Source: an uncultured Oscillospiraceae bacterium
GTDB taxonomy: Bacteria; Bacillota; Clostridia; Oscillospirales; Ruminococcaceae
Length of the DNA: 64,000 nt
NCBI GenBank assembly: GCA_910589145.1
Contig: CAJUSD010000001.1
Span: 144,184-208,183 of the forward strand
Direction of reading: 5' to 3'
This document shows, piece after piece, positions 17,764 to 26,972 of the stretch. The notes beneath the pieces were generated by a model. It saw only the letters and a program-made list of their open reading frames with translations. It searched no databases and was not told the DNA's origin. The position numbers and the translations under genes were made by a program. How positions within the stretch are numbered: the first letter of the stretch is position 1; each line of letters opens with the position of its first letter.

Positions 17764-18375
17764 TTAATAGTATCTCTCCATAAATTCCGGCAGGCTTTGA
17801 AGTTTCCGTCCATCTGCATACCAAACCATAAGCCAGCAATCCCTCATAATCCCTTCATGAAGCTCATGGGCTGGAAGGAACTTAACCGGCTGAAATCCCA
17901 CAGCCTGATAAGTCCGAATAGCTCTGGGATTGTCCGCATGGGGGTCTAGCAGAATGACCTCCGCTCCTTTTTCCTGTACCAAATAGTTTTGAATCAGCCG
18001 AAGAAAAGTCCTGCCTATTCCTTTCCCCCACAACTCCGGCTCGCCGATAAACTGGTCTATGGCATAAACGACCTTTTCATTTCCATTATAATGGTATTCC
18101 TGCTGCATTTCTTCCGTTACAAAGTAAGACTGCAAATAACCTATTGGAAGATTGTCATAGGTAATAGACCAGCGTTCCACCCCTGGATCTGAGTCATAAA
18201 AATGTTCCTGAACAATCTCCATGGAACATTGGAAATCCCTTCCCTCATAAAATTCCAAAACAACGGGATTGGTCAGCCATTTCAGCAGATAAACCGCATC
18301 AGAGGGCTTTAACCGGCGGAGTCCAACTTTTTCTAGTTTAATATCCAACTGGATACTCCTTTTTTCCAAAATCAA
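17764..18375 (-). CDS. GNAT family N-acetyltransferase (Acetyltransf_8 / AAC(6')-like)
   Basis: 203 aa. Has LKWLTNPVVLEFYEGRD, GKGIGRTFLRL and DPHADNPRAIRTYQAVGF. Confidence 0.8.
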   Translation of the reverse strand: MILEKRSIQLDIKLEKVGLRRLKPSDAVYLLKWLTNPVVLEFYEGRDFQCSMEIVQEHFYDSDPGVERWSITYDNLPIGYLQSYFVTEEMQQEYHYNGNEKVVYAIDQFIGEPELWGKGIGRTFLRLIQNYLVQEKGAEVILLDPHADNPRAIRTYQAVGFQPVKFLPAHELHEGIMRDCWLMVWYADGRKLQSLPEFMERYY

Positions 18376-19715
18376 CCAATCCCCTTATATACAAAGCCCA
18401 ATAAGACAATCAGAATCGTCAAGGGGACATAAACAAACTTTGCAACAGGCCCAAACAGTTTCGGCAAAGGCTTGCTGCGGCCCTGTTCCATTTCATGCTT
18501 TATCTTGTCAAAGCCCAGGACATAATAAATGGAAACTGCGCCTAATACCGCCCCAACGGGAACCACCACAATCGAAATAAAATCCATCCAGTTCCCGACA
18601 GAGGCTTCTGATTCAAGAAATACTCCCACCAAGAAAGTTACACCGCCGCAAAGCAGGACGGCAATTTTCCGGGGAAACTTGAATTTGTGCTGCCAGCTCT
18701 CAATGACAGCCTCAAACATATTAATTAAGGAGGTAATCCCCGCAAAGGCAACCGACAGGAAGAATAAAACCGCAAACATCCTTCCCAAAGGCATTCTGTG
18801 GAAAATATCCGGCATGGTAAGGAACATTAAAGAAGGCCCCCTGGTCACGTCAATTCCAAAGGCAAATACTGCCGGCATAATGGCAAGGGCAGAAAGAAGG
18901 GCGGCCAAGGTGTCAAAAACAGCGGTTTGAATGGAAGATTTCGGAATATCCTCCCCGCTGTTCAGGTAGGAACCATAGACAATCATACCAGAGCCCGTAA
19001 TCGAAAGACTGAAAAATGCCTGTCCCATTGCCATAACCCAAGTATCTACCTGAAGAAGGAATTCCCACTTGGGGACAAACAGGAACTTATAGCCTTCGCT
19101 GGCTCCCGGCAGGAACCCGACCCGAACCGCCAGAATCAGGAACAGGATGAAAAAGAGCGGCATTAAAATTTTGCTGATTTTTTCAATCCCCTTATTTACT
19201 CCTGTCAATAAAATAACGCATACAATGGCTACCGTTATAAAATGCCAAGGCAGGCTTCCAAAATTGCCTGTAGCCTGTGAAAAATATTCGGCGGCATCTG
19301 TGGTCATCAATGTACCTGTTACTACACCTGCACAGGAACGGATGACCCAACCTAATATAATAGAATAACCAATGGCAATTCCCAAAGAACCCAAAAGCGG
19401 GATCCATCCTAAAATCCCACCCAATTTTCCTTTCCCGCGGTTATCAAAACAATATTCATAAGAGCCTAATGTACCAGTACGCACCCTGCGGCCAATCGCA
19501 AACTCTGCTGAAAGTCCAACCCATCCAAACAAAAAAACAAAAAACAGATATGGCAGAAGAAACGCCGCTCCCCCATACTGCCCAAGCCGGTATGGGAACA
19601 TCCAAATATTTCCAAGCCCGACAGCAGAGCCAACACAGGCAATGATAAATCCTAGAGAAGATGTAAAATTGCCGTTTTTATGGGAAGGCCGCGGGCTGTT
19701 TTGTGAACTGCTCAT
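18372..19715 (-). CDS. Sodium-dependent transporter, NSS (SNF) family
   Basis: 447 aa. Has GLGNIWMFPYRLGQYGGAAFLLPY. Its stop overlaps the GNAT start by 4 nt. Confidence 0.9.
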   Translation of the reverse strand: MSSSQNSPRPSHKNGNFTSSLGFIIACVGSAVGLGNIWMFPYRLGQYGGAAFLLPYLFFVFLFGWVGLSAEFAIGRRVRTGTLGSYEYCFDNRGKGKLGGILGWIPLLGSLGIAIGYSIILGWVIRSCAGVVTGTLMTTDAAEYFSQATGNFGSLPWHFITVAIVCVILLTGVNKGIEKISKILMPLFFILFLILAVRVGFLPGASEGYKFLFVPKWEFLLQVDTWVMAMGQAFFSLSITGSGMIVYGSYLNSGEDIPKSSIQTAVFDTLAALLSALAIMPAVFAFGIDVTRGPSLMFLTMPDIFHRMPLGRMFAVLFFLSVAFAGITSLINMFEAVIESWQHKFKFPRKIAVLLCGGVTFLVGVFLESEASVGNWMDFISIVVVPVGAVLGAVSIYYVLGFDKIKHEMEQGRSKPLPKLFGPVAKFVYVPLTILIVLLGFVYKGIG

Positions 19716-19754
19716 GTTAAAAATCCCCTTTACTCCTCAAAAATAATTGGTGGT

Positions 19755-20135
19755 TTAAGCGTTTGTATGCTCCCCGCTTTCAAAAAGAGAACGGAGGGTA
19801 CAAAGTTCCTTTTCAGATGGCGTCCAGTTATATTCTCGGAGGTCAACCCTCTGGCTTCCATTGATAAATGTAACTGAAACCCCTTCTGATTCCAGAAGGA
19901 ATTTTTGGGTATCTGCTGTTGGAAAAGCACCTGCCCCTGACAGATATCCCTGGCTGTTTACGACACGATGGGCTGGGATGTTCTCTCCGTTTGGAGGTTG
20001 GTTGTGGCCTAAAACATATCCCACATGGCGGGCCTGCTTCGGATTGCCGCACAGAAGTGCGATTTGTCCATAAGAAGCAACTTTTCCTTTGGGGATAGTT
20101 CGGCAGACTGCAAAGACTTTTTCGCTGAAATTCAT
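19755..20135 (-). CDS. MGMT-fold alkyltransferase-like (ATL) protein lacking the acceptor cysteine
   Basis: 126 aa. Has the DNA-binding-domain motif ASYGQIA...ARHVG and IPAHRVV in place of the canonical PCHRV. Confidence 0.75.
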   Translation of the reverse strand: MNFSEKVFAVCRTIPKGKVASYGQIALLCGNPKQARHVGYVLGHNQPPNGENIPAHRVVNSQGYLSGAGAFPTADTQKFLLESEGVSVTFINGSQRVDLREYNWTPSEKELCTLRSLFESGEHTNA

Positions 20136-20220
20136 ATAATGTCATCCTTTGGCCTTTTTTACCGTCACAGCTTTAAAGTTATAAAGTGAAAAGGTAAAAA
20201 ATAACATAAACATTAAAATT

Positions 20221-20605
20221 TAATGCGAGTCCAATAAGGCTAAGTTGCGGGGAAAACCTCAGATGAGTATAAGCTAAGGCGGATTAAAAAGGTTTCGGGT
20301 CCAGGGGGCTTTCCTCAAAAGCCCCCTGGCCGCGTCCGCAGACGCGAAATACTCCTGTTATATAAACAGCACCACCGAAACGAAAAAGACACATACTTAA
20401 AAGTTATAGAAAATCCCGCCATTTTCTTTTGTGGGAGCAGCAGGCAAAAAGTTTGGAAAAGCTTCTGTGGGGAATATGGCGGGATTTCCTGTTGAAAGTT
20501 ATCGCTTGCAGCCAGCGAACAGCCAACGGCTGCAAGATGGCGTCCCTTAAACCGTAAACCTTAAATTTGAGAAAGGGTTCATCAACCCCATGTTAGTTTA
20601 ACATA
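20221..20605. repeat. B-family intergenic repeat (copy B2, inverted relative to B1)
   Basis: Its reverse complement aligns with 11256-11686. The internal hairpin arms aatcccgccat and atggcgggatt are conserved. Confidence 0.8.
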
Positions 20606-20715
20606 TCTAGGTATATCTTTCAACCTTTAGGAAAAATTTTCATTGGACAGAGAAAAGACGCAGCCTCCCACCAACCGGAGCCTGCGCTTTTTCATTTGCC
20701 CTTGCGGGGGCTCAT

Positions 20716-21714
20716 TTATTTTCCTCTTGCACTGTCGTAGAGATCCATCATCAGGAGGAATACTCTTTCTACCTGTGGAATTCCAATCGGGGCAGCTTTG
20801 CCCTGCTGGATACATTCATAAAAATTTGAAATACAGGCTAAATGTCCGGTTCCCCAATAATCTTTGCCAAGTGCTACTCCTGTTTGGCAGTCAATAACTT
20901 CCCGCTTTCCATCCGGGTAAATCAATGTCAGGGAATTTCCTTCAATCCGCAAAATCATATTTTCACAATGAATTTCCAACAGGATGGGGGCATTGCTCCC
21001 AAAAGCCGTTGTACAATAGAAAAGCCCGATCCCTTGTTCATACTGGATATATGCTTCCATAGTGTCCTCAACCTCTATAACCCCCTTTAAATGGTGGTTG
21101 GCGATAGAGGCTTCCGAAGAAAGAGGCCGTCCCATAAATTCAGTCATTAAATCCAACGTATGGATAGACTGGTTAATCATAGCGCCTCCGCCTTCCAGCT
21201 CCATGGTTCCCCTCCAGCCGCTGTCTTTGTAATAGGAAACGCCGCGGCTCCAGGTGACAAAGGCTCTTGCAGAGACAATCTTCCCTGCTTTGCCGCTGGA
21301 AATAATTTCCTTTGCCTGTATCACACTGGCATTATATCGGTTTTGGAAGCAGAATCCCAGAAGTTTCCCGCTTTCCTTTTCTGCCTTTTTCAATTCCTGG
21401 AACTGTTCCTTAGAGACTGCTGGAGGCTTTTCCATAAACACATGCCGTCCGCCTTTCAGTCCAGCGATTGCCATTGGAACATGAAGTGCGTGTGGGGTGC
21501 AGATATGTAAAACGTCGAATTCACTTTGTTTCAGCATTTCGTCAAGCGATTCATATACAGGAGCTTTCCCCGCTGTATAGGTTTGGGAAAAAACTTCCGC
21601 TCTTTCACGCCGAATATCACAAAACGCTGCAAGTTCATCTTTCCCATTTGATTTTTTTATGGAATCTGCGTGGACCTTTGCAATTCCGCCACATCCCACG
21701 ATTGCTGTTTTCAT
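20716..21714 (-). CDS. Gfo/Idh/MocA family oxidoreductase
   Basis: The Rossmann N-terminus is MKTAIVGCGGIAKVHA. I prefer ATG 21714 (RBS aggtgagg) over the ORF-track start 21768. Confidence 0.85.
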   Translation of the reverse strand: MKTAIVGCGGIAKVHADSIKKSNGKDELAAFCDIRRERAEVFSQTYTAGKAPVYESLDEMLKQSEFDVLHICTPHALHVPMAIAGLKGGRHVFMEKPPAVSKEQFQELKKAEKESGKLLGFCFQNRYNASVIQAKEIISSGKAGKIVSARAFVTWSRGVSYYKDSGWRGTMELEGGGAMINQSIHTLDLMTEFMGRPLSSEASIANHHLKGVIEVEDTMEAYIQYEQGIGLFYCTTAFGSNAPILLEIHCENMILRIEGNSLTLIYPDGKREVIDCQTGVALGKDYWGTGHLACISNFYECIQQGKAAPIGIPQVERVFLLMMDLYDSARGK

Positions 21715-21949
21715 TTCGTCAACCTCACCTTTCCGTTTTTGGCCGACTGTAAAAGAATATTTCTTCACAAGTTCGGCCTTTTGATTTCATTATAACCTTT
21801 TCTGCTCAGAATGGAAAGAGCTAATTCTGATATTAATAGAGATTTTTACAATTTTCAGATAAATTTTGGAACTTTCCCTAGTATGGATTCACCTGCTGCC
21901 TGCACCCAATCTTTCCATTCATTATTCGTCGGAATTCTTTGTTTATCCC

Positions 21950-21978
21950 TTGTCAAACGATAAGGAATGGGTTATAAT
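21950..21978 (+). promoter_or_regulatory. Sigma-70-type promoter upstream of nfnA
   Basis: TTGTCA, 17-nt spacer, TATAAT. Confidence 0.5.
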
Positions 21979-22066
21979 ATTAACAATGCGTACTTCGCCA
22001 TCTGTCAAAGTTTTAAAATTAGTTGGCGGCAGGCAAGCGACCTAAAATAAGGGAGGAAAACAAGCC

Positions 22067-22915
22067 ATGTATAAAATTGTCAAAAAGCGGCAGTTAAACT
22101 CGGCTGTCACGCTGATGGAGATTGAAGCTCCATTAATTGCAAAGAAGGCATTAGCCGGACAATTCATAATCTTCCGCGTCGATGAAAAGGGAGAGAGAAT
22201 CCCCTTAACCATAGCGGATTATGATCGTGAAAAGGGTACTGTAACGATTATATTCCAGATTGTAGGTCGTTCTACAATGCTTCTCAATCAGTTAGAGGAA
22301 GGCGATTCCATTCTCGACTTTGTAGGGCCCTTGGGCAAACCGACTGAAGTTGATGGCTTTAAGCGTGTTGCGGTTATTGGCGGCGGCGTGGGCTGTGCTA
22401 TCGCATATCCTTCCGCAAAGGCTTTGTTTAATAATGGAACAGAAGTTGATATGATCGCTGGCTTCCGCAGCAAGGACATCGTTATTCTGGAAGACGAAAT
22501 GAAAGCTGCCTGCACCAATTTATATATTATGACCGACGACGGCACTTACGGCGAAAAGGGCCTTGTTACGGACAAGCTGAAAGAATTGATTGAACAAAAA
22601 GGCCGCAAATATGATGCAGTTATCGCTATTGGCCCAGTTATCATGATGAAATTTGTCGCAGCCACAACCAAGCCCCACGGGATTAAAACCATTGTCAGCC
22701 TGAACCCCATCATGATCGATGGTACTGGCATGTGCGGCGGCTGCCGCGTCAAGGTTGACGGCGAAATCAAATTCGCCTGTGTTGACGGCCCGGACTTTGA
22801 CGGACATAAGGTTGACTTTGACGAACTGATGAAGCGCAACTCGTCTTATAGAGAGCGGGAGACCCATGACCGGGAGAACTGCCGTTTACTGAAAGGAGTG
22901 GCTGAAAATGCCTAA
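22067..22915 (+). CDS. nfnA: Ferredoxin-NADP+ reductase-like FAD/NAD-binding subunit (NfnA / PyrK-like)
   Basis: 282 aa. Has a C-terminal CGGCRVKVDG...FACVDGP [2Fe-2S] motif. Overlaps the GltD-like partner by 8 nt. Confidence 0.75.
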   Translation: MYKIVKKRQLNSAVTLMEIEAPLIAKKALAGQFIIFRVDEKGERIPLTIADYDREKGTVTIIFQIVGRSTMLLNQLEEGDSILDFVGPLGKPTEVDGFKRVAVIGGGVGCAIAYPSAKALFNNGTEVDMIAGFRSKDIVILEDEMKAACTNLYIMTDDGTYGEKGLVTDKLKELIEQKGRKYDAVIAIGPVIMMKFVAATTKPHGIKTIVSLNPIMIDGTGMCGGCRVKVDGEIKFACVDGPDFDGHKVDFDELMKRNSSYRERETHDRENCRLLKGVAENA

Positions 22916-24293
22916 GAATATGTCGCCTAAAAAGGTAGCAATGCCTGAACAGGATCCTAATGTAAGAAACAAAAACTTTAAAGAGGTTGCCCTTGGCTAT
23001 ACCCCTGAAATGGCCATGGAAGAAGCCACCCGCTGCCTGAACTGCAAAAATAAGCCCTGTGTTGCCGGATGCCCGGTAAACGTTCGGATTCCTGAATTTG
23101 TTGAAAAAGTTGCCGCCGGTGATTTTGCCGCAGCTTATGAAATCGTTGCTTCCACCAATGCCCTGCCCGCTATCAGCGGCCGCGTATGTCCCCAGGAAAG
23201 CCAGTGCGAAGGCAAATGTGTCAGGGGCATTAAGGGCGAACCTGTTGCCATTGGCCGTCTGGAGCGTTTTGTCGCTGACTGGTACATGGCTAACGGTGTT
23301 GCCTCCCCTGTCGCTCCCCCCAAGAACGGCAAAAAGGTCGCTATTATCGGTGCAGGCCCTGCGGGGCTCTCCTGCGCCGGGGATTTGGCGAAAGCTGGTT
23401 ATGATGTAACTATCTTTGAAGCCTTCCACACTGCCGGCGGCGTTCTGGTTTATGGCATTCCTGAGTTCCGTCTGCCCAAGTCCATTGTACATAAGGAAAT
23501 TGACAACCTGCGTGCTTTGGGCGTTAAGGTTATGACCAACATGGTTATCGGTAAAGTTTTGTCCTTGGATGAAGTTTTTGAAATGGGCTTTGACGCGGCC
23601 TTTATTGGTTCCGGTGCCGGACTGCCCAGCTTTATGGGCATCGAAGGCGAGGCACTCATCGGCGTTTACTCTGCCAACGAATACCTGACCCGTACTAACC
23701 TGATGCGTGCTTATGATGAAAGCTATGATACCCCCATCATCAAGAGCAAAGCAGTCGCTGTTGTCGGCGGCGGCAACGTTGCTATGGACGCGGCCCGCTG
23801 CGCCCAGCGCTTGGGAGCGGAAAAGGTATATATTGTTTACCGCCGTTCTGAGGAAGAAATGCCTGCCCGTAAAGAAGAAGTTCATCACGCCAAGGAAGAA
23901 GGCATTATCTTCAATTTGCTGACCAATCCTGTGAAGATCATCGGTGATGAAAACGGCAAGGTTTGCGGTATGGAATGTGTCAGGATGGAACTGGGCGAAG
24001 CGGATGCTTCCGGCCGCCGCCGTCCTGTTGCTGTCAAAGATTCCAACTTTGTGCTGGATGTTGACACCGTTATCATGGCTTTGGGTACTTCTCCCAACCC
24101 GCTGATTCGGACGACCACCCATGGCATTGAAGCCAACAAACACGGCTGCCTGGTGGTTGACGAATCCATGAAGACCACCCGTGACGGTGTATATGCCGGC
24201 GGTGATGCAGTTACTGGTGCAGCTACCGTTATCCTGGCCATGGGCGCAGGGAAAACCGCTGCTGCTTCTATCAGGGAGTATTTGGAGAAATAA
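22908..24293 (+). CDS. nfnB: NADPH-dependent glutamate-synthase-small-chain-like oxidoreductase (NfnB type)
   Basis: 461 aa. Has N-terminal Fe-S cysteines (CLNCKNKPC, CPV), two dinucleotide folds (IIGAGPAGL, VVGGGNVAMD) and GGDAVTGAATV. Confidence 0.8.
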   Translation: MPKNMSPKKVAMPEQDPNVRNKNFKEVALGYTPEMAMEEATRCLNCKNKPCVAGCPVNVRIPEFVEKVAAGDFAAAYEIVASTNALPAISGRVCPQESQCEGKCVRGIKGEPVAIGRLERFVADWYMANGVASPVAPPKNGKKVAIIGAGPAGLSCAGDLAKAGYDVTIFEAFHTAGGVLVYGIPEFRLPKSIVHKEIDNLRALGVKVMTNMVIGKVLSLDEVFEMGFDAAFIGSGAGLPSFMGIEGEALIGVYSANEYLTRTNLMRAYDESYDTPIIKSKAVAVVGGGNVAMDAARCAQRLGAEKVYIVYRRSEEEMPARKEEVHHAKEEGIIFNLLTNPVKIIGDENGKVCGMECVRMELGEADASGRRRPVAVKDSNFVLDVDTVIMALGTSPNPLIRTTTHGIEANKHGCLVVDESMKTTRDGVYAGGDAVTGAATVILAMGAGKTAAASIREYLEK

Positions 24294-24317
24294 GGGTTTT
24301 CTCCTCTCATAAAGTTT

Positions 24318-24349
24318 ATGGGCTGCTGGAATTCCAGCAGCCCATTTTT
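24318..24349 (+). terminator. Intrinsic terminator after nfnB
   Basis: atgggctgctgg-aatt-ccagcagcccat followed by tttt. Confidence 0.75.
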
Positions 24350-24534
24350 ACTAAACGATTAAAAAGAAAATCATTTATTCTATCTATATTTTTGCTGAGT
24401 AATTTGATTAAAAATGTTATAAAATAATTTTATATTTATAATTTTAATAAGTTATATAAAATTATCTTTTATTATTAGATATTTACTAAATACAATTAAA
24501 TTATAATTTTTCTAAAAAAATTTGCAGAAAATTG

Positions 24535-24563
24535 TTGACAATAATAAAAAAACAGTGTATATT
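24535..24563 (+). promoter_or_regulatory. Sigma-70-type promoter of the peptidase-lipoprotein pair
   Basis: TTGACA (24535-24540), 17-nt spacer, TATATT (24558-24563), inside a very AT-rich tract with several short palindromes. Confidence 0.5.
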
Positions 24564-24597
24564 AAATACACAATCAAAATTTACCAGATAATGAAAG

Positions 24598-25362
24598 GTG
24601 TGTGTTACAATAAAAAAAAGGTTTATTTCCTTTCTCTGCTCTCTGATTGCTTTATCAAGCATAGCAACTATGCCAGTTCTTGCAGAAGATTCTCCGAATC
24701 TTGCTGATGGCGCCGTTGCAGGCGAACGAATGTCGTTGGATGATCAGTATCAGTTTATAATGAAAAATGGTTCACCAAAGCAAAAAGAAGAAGCAAAATT
24801 ACTTTTTCAGCAGGTTCAATCTGGCTTTAAAGGTGTTCCTTATGCTATTGGTCATTGGGAATTAAGTGTAACTCACTGTAACCAAGAGACAGTTACCTGG
24901 TGTGGTCCTGCCACGTTACGGCAGACCTTACTATATATTAATGGTACAGCTCGCGATCAATCATATTTAGCTGGAAAATTAGCAACAGATAAAACCATTA
25001 AAGGCACTACTGATACAATGATGCTGAAACAAGTTAATGCCCTTCAAAATGAACACGCATATTATGAATTAGATATACCCGATAAAGACACTTATTTAAC
25101 CACTGTTTATGCCTCTCTGTCAAGTGATAAACCTGTCATAGACATTGTCGATACCTCCGCTGCGAGGGAAATTTTTAGTTATAATGCGCTTCATTTTCTT
25201 TCCATCAGCGGCATCTCTACCAAAAATGACGAAGTGTTTATCGTTGATCCAGCCGTAGAAGACATAAGGGTTGATGGGCATTCCCGTGCGAAGCGTTGGG
25301 TAGAGGCAGAGGGAATGTTTAATGCAACATTTGCTCATGATTGTCAAGCGATTATAGGTTAA
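24598..25362 (+). CDS. Secreted papain-fold cysteine peptidase, C39-like
   Basis: Signal peptide is ...FLCSLIALSSIATMPVLA/ED. Gln lies 6 residues before Cys in NQETVTWCGPATL, His is in ALHFLSISG, and Asp is in FIVDPA. The start codon is uncertain (GTG 24598 per the ORF track). Confidence 0.65.
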   Translation: MCVTIKKRFISFLCSLIALSSIATMPVLAEDSPNLADGAVAGERMSLDDQYQFIMKNGSPKQKEEAKLLFQQVQSGFKGVPYAIGHWELSVTHCNQETVTWCGPATLRQTLLYINGTARDQSYLAGKLATDKTIKGTTDTMMLKQVNALQNEHAYYELDIPDKDTYLTTVYASLSSDKPVIDIVDTSAAREIFSYNALHFLSISGISTKNDEVFIVDPAVEDIRVDGHSRAKRWVEAEGMFNATFAHDCQAIIG

Positions 25363-25418
25363 GAAAGAAAAAGGAACACATTTTACTGTGTTCCTTTTAT
25401 ATATCGAGGTGAAAGCGG

Positions 25419-26729
25419 ATGAAAAAAAAATTATTACTGTTACTTGTAATTTTTGTTGTTACAGGATGTGGCAGTTCTTCTGTTCCGGTCCGCAATTTTG
25501 AAGCAAACCTTCTCGGCTTACAGCCGGAGGACTATACAGAACTGCATTTTGACCTTGCCTATCCTGAAACACTGCAAATCGACGGTATGAAGGATGGAAA
25601 AATTTATTTTCAATATTTGGACAGCTTGGAAGTGCATACAGGACGGGAGCGCTATAATTTTACTGCTGGCAATGTATTTCGAAATGCAGCCGGAATTTAT
25701 GACATTGAAAAAAATTCCTATCAATCGGGAATATATGTAGAGGATGATTTAGCATCAAAAGGAATTTTTGATGTAATCAGTTCATATAAAAATCACCTGA
25801 TTATGGACAATGAAACAGGATATTTTACTTCAGCACTAGGCACAGAAATATTTTCAGAGGAATATCGCTTATATACCTATGCTATCGACTACGTAAAACA
25901 TACCAGAAAAATAAAAAAAGACTATGGAACCTATCGCTATGCCGCTCCCTATCCCCTTCTATACGATAAAGAACATTTTTTTATCTATTTTGAAGACGAA
26001 GGAAAAACGCAGGCCACCATATACCATTACGACACAGTCTCTGACGAAGCTACCCCGGTAATCATCCAACCCGAAGGCGTTCAATTTGTCACGGCAATGG
26101 TTGAGAAGAAATGGATTTGGGTTTATGTACTCGACCTTGAGCATAATAACGATAAAAACAGGCCTTATCATTATCTCTATCAATACCAGGTCGACGGAAC
26201 TATTCAAAAGATATATCCGATTCCAGATGAGATTGTAAACAACCGGAACAGCTCTACAGACGTCTTTATGCCCAGTACGATGAAACGATTCTCAAAGAAT
26301 ATTTTTTATTTGGAGGATTTTGGATTTTTAAACCATTTCTTTTTAAAGTTGGGAAAAGAAGGCTTTGAAGTTCTGCCCTCATTTTACAACAACAAAAGAC
26401 TTCGGATGCTTCCTCAGACCGGAAATCTTTCGGCGAAAAAAAATTATTTCTATTCTCATTTCCGCGAGGTTACACATATTCTGGAATTTGATGAACGAAA
26501 AGAAGAACTCATGGAATTTACCCTACCCAACCCATATGAAGGGTCAAACATTGACTATCTTTTTCAGTATTATACAGATGAAAAGGGAAATCTTCTTGCC
26601 GTTATCAAAAGGCCGCTCCTTTGGAAAGTAGAAGACCTTCCTTTGTCAGAGTATTTATCAGAATATTTAAAGGTCTATTTCATCCCCCAAAAGACAATGA
26701 AAAAGTATTTCTCAAAGCTTAATCCATAA
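25419..26729 (+). CDS. Lipoprotein of unknown function
   Basis: 436 aa. Lipobox is LLLLLVIFVVTGC/GSS. RBS is gaggtgaaagcggATG. AT-rich and Tyr/Phe/Asn-rich. I recognise no domain. Confidence 0.7.
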   Translation: MKKKLLLLLVIFVVTGCGSSSVPVRNFEANLLGLQPEDYTELHFDLAYPETLQIDGMKDGKIYFQYLDSLEVHTGRERYNFTAGNVFRNAAGIYDIEKNSYQSGIYVEDDLASKGIFDVISSYKNHLIMDNETGYFTSALGTEIFSEEYRLYTYAIDYVKHTRKIKKDYGTYRYAAPYPLLYDKEHFFIYFEDEGKTQATIYHYDTVSDEATPVIIQPEGVQFVTAMVEKKWIWVYVLDLEHNNDKNRPYHYLYQYQVDGTIQKIYPIPDEIVNNRNSSTDVFMPSTMKRFSKNIFYLEDFGFLNHFFLKLGKEGFEVLPSFYNNKRLRMLPQTGNLSAKKNYFYSHFREVTHILEFDERKEELMEFTLPNPYEGSNIDYLFQYYTDEKGNLLAVIKRPLLWKVEDLPLSEYLSEYLKVYFIPQKTMKKYFSKLNP

Positions 26730-26941
26730 TCGGCAACCAGCAAACCGCACTGGAAAGCTCTTTCGTCCAGGGAAAATAGAATTGATATAATCCCAGAAAC
26801 CCTTTACAATGCAGTAATCCTTTTCTGAAATATCTTTACTTATTTCATGCACATGAAATTTAACGTATTCCTAGAATCCTTGTTCAGACCGGGAGTATCT
26901 GGTGAAATAAGGTATTTTTCCCTTTGGACTCATAATATTTA

Positions 26942-26972
26942 AGGGCTGTCGGGGTTCCGGCAGCCCTATTTT
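26942..26972 (+). terminator. Intrinsic terminator closing the AT-rich islet operon
   Basis: agggctgtcgg-ggtt-ccggcagccct followed by atttt. Confidence 0.65.

Noticed and set aside
22767-24143. A 458-aa minus-strand ORF, the longest alternative ORF in the window.
   Set aside because: It lies entirely antisense to the well-supported nfnA/nfnB genes. It has a low-complexity Ala/Gly/Arg/Asn-rich composition, no RBS and no recognisable motif. This is a typical shadow ORF of a GC3-rich gene.
24522-24707. A 61-aa ORF starting upstream of the peptidase gene (contains ATG 24591).
   Set aside because: It is out of frame with the signal peptide and peptidase body, Cys/Ser-rich and has no RBS. It is discussed only as a possible A-tract phase-variation partner.
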